In this document: piece after piece, positions 60,478-64,000 of the stretch
Layout: every line of letters begins with the position of its first letter
Numbering within the stretch: the stretch's first letter is position 1
Assembly: GCA_963787325.1 (NCBI GenBank)
Contig: CAWBCK010000002.1
Location: 108,647-172,646 of the forward strand
DNA length: 64,000 nt
Direction of reading: 5' to 3'
Source of the DNA: an uncultured Planctomycetota bacterium
GTDB lineage: Bacteria; Planctomycetota; Phycisphaerae; UBA1845; JANYLN01
Position numbers and translations under genes: made by a program
The notes under the pieces: model-generated
What the model was told of the DNA's origin: nothing
Databases searched by the model: none
Seen by the model: only the letters and a program-made list of their open reading frames with translations

Positions 60478-61724
60478 TCAAGGCTGAAGCGCCGCCTGCA
60501 TGCTCAAAATTGCCAGACCGGTGACATAGTGCGGGTTGCCTTCGAACCATCGATCGGCATCGTTGAGCCACGAGCCGTCCGCGCGTTGCATGGAGATCAG
60601 CTTGTTCAGCAGATCCTCTCGCCAGTTGTGACGTTTTCCTGTCTTGTCGACCACCTGGTCGCGACCCCACGCCTGCAGGGCTCTTGCAAAAACCTGATAA
60701 TAGTAGAACAAGCCCTGCTTGCTCTGGGCACCGGGCATGTTGGGGTTTTCGTCCAGCGTGTAGTGGCTGCGGATCCAGTCCCAGGCCGCGCGCACTCGCT
60801 CATCTTTGCTGCTGAGGTCGGCATAGAGCATGCTCTTGAAGCCGGCGTAGGTCATCGTGCCGTACGAGCGAAGATGCCGATCCGCATCGTCGTTGTCCGT
60901 ACTGCCCGCCTTGCTTTGTCCTCCATCGGCCGGCGTGTAGACGAACCCGCCGTCATTGGCCTCGGCGGCGAAGGGCTGGTCGTTCGTACTGCTGAGATTC
61001 TGGCACCGGCTGATGAACTTCAGCGCCTTCTGGTAGGCCGGGTCAGTGGCGGGCAGGCCGCTTTGGTGCAGTGCCTCCAGCATCATCTGCGTGTTGGACA
61101 GGTCCGGCCGCTTGTGGTGACCGTACCCCGCCCCGCCGTACCATGGATTGTCCGGCGTGATCGGCTTACCGCTGGCGTCCTTGCGACTTTCGGTCCATTG
61201 CATCGTCGTCAGCCACTGCTGGGCATCGTGAATGGCCTTGTCAATCTCGGGGTTGTTGCGCGGCAGGCTCGACAGGAACATCAGGGCTACACTGGTGTAG
61301 TAATTGTCCAACAGCTCGGCCCGGGATATAAAACCCGCCGTCCTTGCGGCGCGATGCTCATGACATATTCCAGGGCCTTGCGGACCACCGGGGACTTGGG
61401 CCCGTAATTCGGGTCCTGGGCGAATGCCTGGGCGACGATCGCGGTGATCGCCGGGTCCGGCTTGTCGAACGCCTTCCAGGAACCGTCCGCGCCCTGCACC
61501 GATTCTAGGTACTTCAGACCCTTGCGCATGGCGGCCTCGGCCCGGTCGCGCAGGCGCGAACGAAACGGGGATCCCCGCGCAAGCTCGGGCCCGACGGTGA
61601 CCGGTTCGGCACCGGCTGACTGCGTCTGGGTAGGGTGTGACTGGGCCCGCGCCGAGGCAAGACCCGCCGCAAGAATACCGCCAGCCGCCAGGAACATAAG
61701 GAATGCACGGTGCGTGTGGTTCAT
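60478..61724 (-). CDS. secreted prenyltransferase/squalene-oxidase-repeat protein; frameshift near 61320
   Basis: Signal peptide FLMFLAAGGILAAGLASARA. Repeated Q-x-x-DGSW motifs (VQGADGSW, MQRADGSW), PWYGGAGYG. The pieces are ORFs 61287-61724 and 60478-61311. Confidence 0.7.
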
Positions 61725-61869
61725 GAAAATACCCTCTTTCTCAGTAGGAACGAGATATCGTTGCGGCTGGAGCGGAGGCTTGTCAAGTCGCCGGAACCGC
61801 GTAGCATGTGGCAGTTTGCGAACAGATGCACCGAAGCGTGCCGGCCATAATAGCCAGACAGGGTGTGAT

Positions 61870-63180
61870 ATGAATCCGACAAATCAGTCTCCCAATCCCG
61901 CAGCCGACATGCCGTATCTGACCGCTACGGTCCCCGGCATCGGCGGCACGATCCGCCGCCACGTCGAGGATTTCATCGTCGAGGAGGTGCCGCTCTACGA
62001 GCCGGTCGACGAAGGTACGCACGTGTTTTTCTGCATCGAGAAACGCCGGGTCGATACCCTTCGGGCGATCCGCACGATCGCCGAGGCCCTCGGCAAGAAG
62101 CCCTTTGAGATCGGCATGGCCGGTCTCAAGGACGCCCGCGCCGTCGCCCGCCAGATCCTCAGCGTCGAGCACGTCGACCCCGCCGTCGTTCAGAATCTTC
62201 AGATACCCGATATGCAAGTGCTCTGGACCCGCCTGCACCGCAACAAGCTCAAGCTCGGCCATCTGAAGGGCAACCGCTTCACGATCAAGCTGCGCAACGT
62301 CGACACCGACCGCCGCGGCGACGCCGAGGCCGCCCTCGCCATCCTGCACAAACGCGGTGTCCCGAATTATTTCGGCCCGCAACGGTTCGGCCTGCGCGGC
62401 GATACCTGGGAGATCGGCCGGGCGATCGTCAGGCAGGACGCGAAAGAGGCGATCGACGTGCTCGCCGGCCGGCCCGCGGACTTCGATTCACCGCTGGTCC
62501 GCAAGGCGCGTCACCTCTATGACAAGGCCGAATACTACGAGGCATCCAAAACGTGGCCCTACACCTACCGCGAGGAGCGAATCGCCGTCAAAGCGATGCT
62601 CAAGAACAAGGGCAATCACAACCGCGCCCTGTCCGCCGTCGACCGGTCGGTGAAGCGGCTGTACGTCTCGGCGTTCCAGTCATGGCTGTTTAACCAGGTG
62701 CTGGCCGAGCGCGTTACCCAGGGCACGATGGACCGGGTCTTGCCTGGCGACCTCGCATGGCTGCACGATCGCGGCGCGGTGTTCCTCGTCGAGGATGCCG
62801 ACCAGGAGCAGCCGCGAGCGGACCGCCTGGAGATCTCCCCCAGCGGCCCGATGTTCGGCTCGAAGACGACGATTGCCCAGGGACAGCCCGGCGAGATCGA
62901 GACCCGCATCCTCGCGGCCGAGAAGATCACCGCCGAGGACTTCCGCCAGATCAAGGGCCAGAAGGTGCGTGGTGCCCGCCGGCCGCTGCGATTCCCGCTC
63001 AGCGATTTCGACTTCAGTGCCGACAGCGACCAGCACGGCGCCTATTTCGAGCTGCGGTTCTTCCTGCCGTCGGGCTGCTACGCCACGAGCCTGCTGCGCG
63101 AGCTGTGCAAGGCCGACGTCCGCAAGATCGATGCCACCGGCGAGGGCCTTGACGAAGAGGGCGACGAGCCTCGCGAATAA
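61870..63180 (+). CDS. truD: tRNA pseudouridine(13) synthase TruD
   Basis: EDFIVEEVP, GMAGLKDARAV (catalytic Asp context), LKGNRFTIKLR, GVPNYFGPQRFG. Internal ATG at 61870 in ORF 61444-63180. Confidence 0.85.
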   Translation: MNPTNQSPNPAADMPYLTATVPGIGGTIRRHVEDFIVEEVPLYEPVDEGTHVFFCIEKRRVDTLRAIRTIAEALGKKPFEIGMAGLKDARAVARQILSVEHVDPAVVQNLQIPDMQVLWTRLHRNKLKLGHLKGNRFTIKLRNVDTDRRGDAEAALAILHKRGVPNYFGPQRFGLRGDTWEIGRAIVRQDAKEAIDVLAGRPADFDSPLVRKARHLYDKAEYYEASKTWPYTYREERIAVKAMLKNKGNHNRALSAVDRSVKRLYVSAFQSWLFNQVLAERVTQGTMDRVLPGDLAWLHDRGAVFLVEDADQEQPRADRLEISPSGPMFGSKTTIAQGQPGEIETRILAAEKITAEDFRQIKGQKVRGARRPLRFPLSDFDFSADSDQHGAYFELRFFLPSGCYATSLLRELCKADVRKIDATGEGLDEEGDEPRE

Positions 63181-63187
63181 CAGTCTG

Positions 63188-64000
63188 TTAGTGCAGCGAT
63201 TGTCCCCAGTTGGCTGCCAGCACCTGCAGATCGCCGACGTTTATGCCTCTGTCGCCATTGATGTCGGCCCGCGGGTCCCAGCCGTAGCTCGGCGGAGTTT
63301 CCTGGGTGTCCCAGGCAGCGACGAGCCCCTGGAGATCGCCGACGTTGACGTACCCGTCGCCGTTAACATCCCCGGGCCAGAGCATGTCGAAGGTCCACTG
63401 CTGCGTTGACAGGGCCAGCCCGTCGTCCGCCGCGATGTCACCGCCGATCGTCGCCGTGGTGGTTCCCGGAGGCAGATCCGCTACGGCGAAGGCATAGGGT
63501 CCCGACCCGCTGCCGGTGACGCTGACGACCGTGCCGGCTGACAGGATCAGGTCATCTTTGGTGACGTTCTCCACCGGTCGATCGAAACCAATGATGATCG
63601 ATTGGATTGACCGCTCAACGGCGGCCTCCTTCGGCCAGGTTCCCGTCAGCGTCGGCGGTGTTGGCGTCGGTGCGGCAGACGAGATGAACAGGCTGTGCCA
63701 GCCGCCGCCGGACATCCCAACGACGTTCGTCAGGCCCGGCACCTGCACGGGGCTGTTGCGTTGGATGATCGTCCCGTCGCCCAGCTGGCGAGCTCTCGTT
63801 ATCACCCCACGCCCAGGCAGTGCCGTCCGGCGCCGCCGCAAGACTGTGATACTCGCCGGCCGCGACAATCCCATTCATCTCCGGCACCTGCACCGGGCTG
63901 TACTGGTCCATGGCGGTTCCGTCGCCCAACTGGCCGTATTCGTTGTAACCCCAGCCCCAGACCGTCCCGTCGTCTTTGACAGCCATGCTGTGTGCATATC
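63188..64000 (-). CDS. RCC1-repeat (beta-propeller) protein with a C-terminal dockerin-like module; 5' end outside the window; frameshift near 63795
   Basis: WGWGYNEYGQLGDGT, YHSLAAAPDGTAWAWGDNE, (shifted) QLGDGTIIQRNSPVQVPGL...GGGWHSL. C-terminus GDVNGDGYVNVGDLQGLVAAW...ADINGDRGINVGDLQVLAANWGQ. Confidence 0.7.

Noticed and set aside
1-64000. CRISPR arrays, tRNA, rRNA and tmRNA genes
   Set aside because: I saw no regularly spaced direct repeats of 25-40 nt. The only GGTTCGA-type T-loop string lies inside the lnt coding sequence. There is no rRNA-like conserved block. The absence is based on reading by eye and should be confirmed with tRNAscan-SE, Infernal or minced.

Overview
This is a visibly GC-rich (about 60-65% by eye, not computed) bacterial chromosomal segment with about 57 protein-coding genes. 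I found no rRNA, tRNA or CRISPR array. The gene content suggests Planctomycetota, by inference only: a PEP-CTERM protein, a planctomycete-type cytochrome-c-motif protein, dockerin-tailed secreted proteins, cytoplasmic sulfatases, LpxI and an MqnA/MqnD homologue.

Most of the window is housekeeping: galE, lnt, mreD-mrdA-rodA, a polyprenyl synthase, purC, lpxD-lpxI, nhaA, gltA, an HU-like gene, pyrE, purB, ribD, mlaEFD and truD.

Accessory or unusual content:
- a tandem sulfatase duplication with a 961-bp near-identical core
- one IS1380-family insertion sequence sitting inside a cluster of REP-like palindromic repeats
- two type II toxin-antitoxin pairs (MazF-like and VapC-like)
- a low-GC uracil-DNA-glycosylase-superfamily gene wedged between purB and pyrE
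- an ECF sigma/anti-sigma/amidohydrolase operon with an ECF-type promoter
- a four-module repeat protein
- an FHA-GAF-SpoIIE protein with degenerate catalytic residues
- a tandem retropepsin-like protease with a dockerin tail
- three URO-D-fold paralogues, one translationally coupled to the MqnA/MqnD-like gene

Major caveat: I count about 28 reading-frame breaks. All are indel-type, none is an in-frame nonsense codon, and they hit essential genes (purB, purC, gltA, mrdA, rodA, lpxD). The simplest reading is uncorrected indel errors in the assembly, not pseudogenisation. CDS coordinates therefore span the joined frames, and frameshift positions are approximate. I did not find a clear multi-gene novel system; the candidates worth follow-up are listed as findings with modest interest scores.
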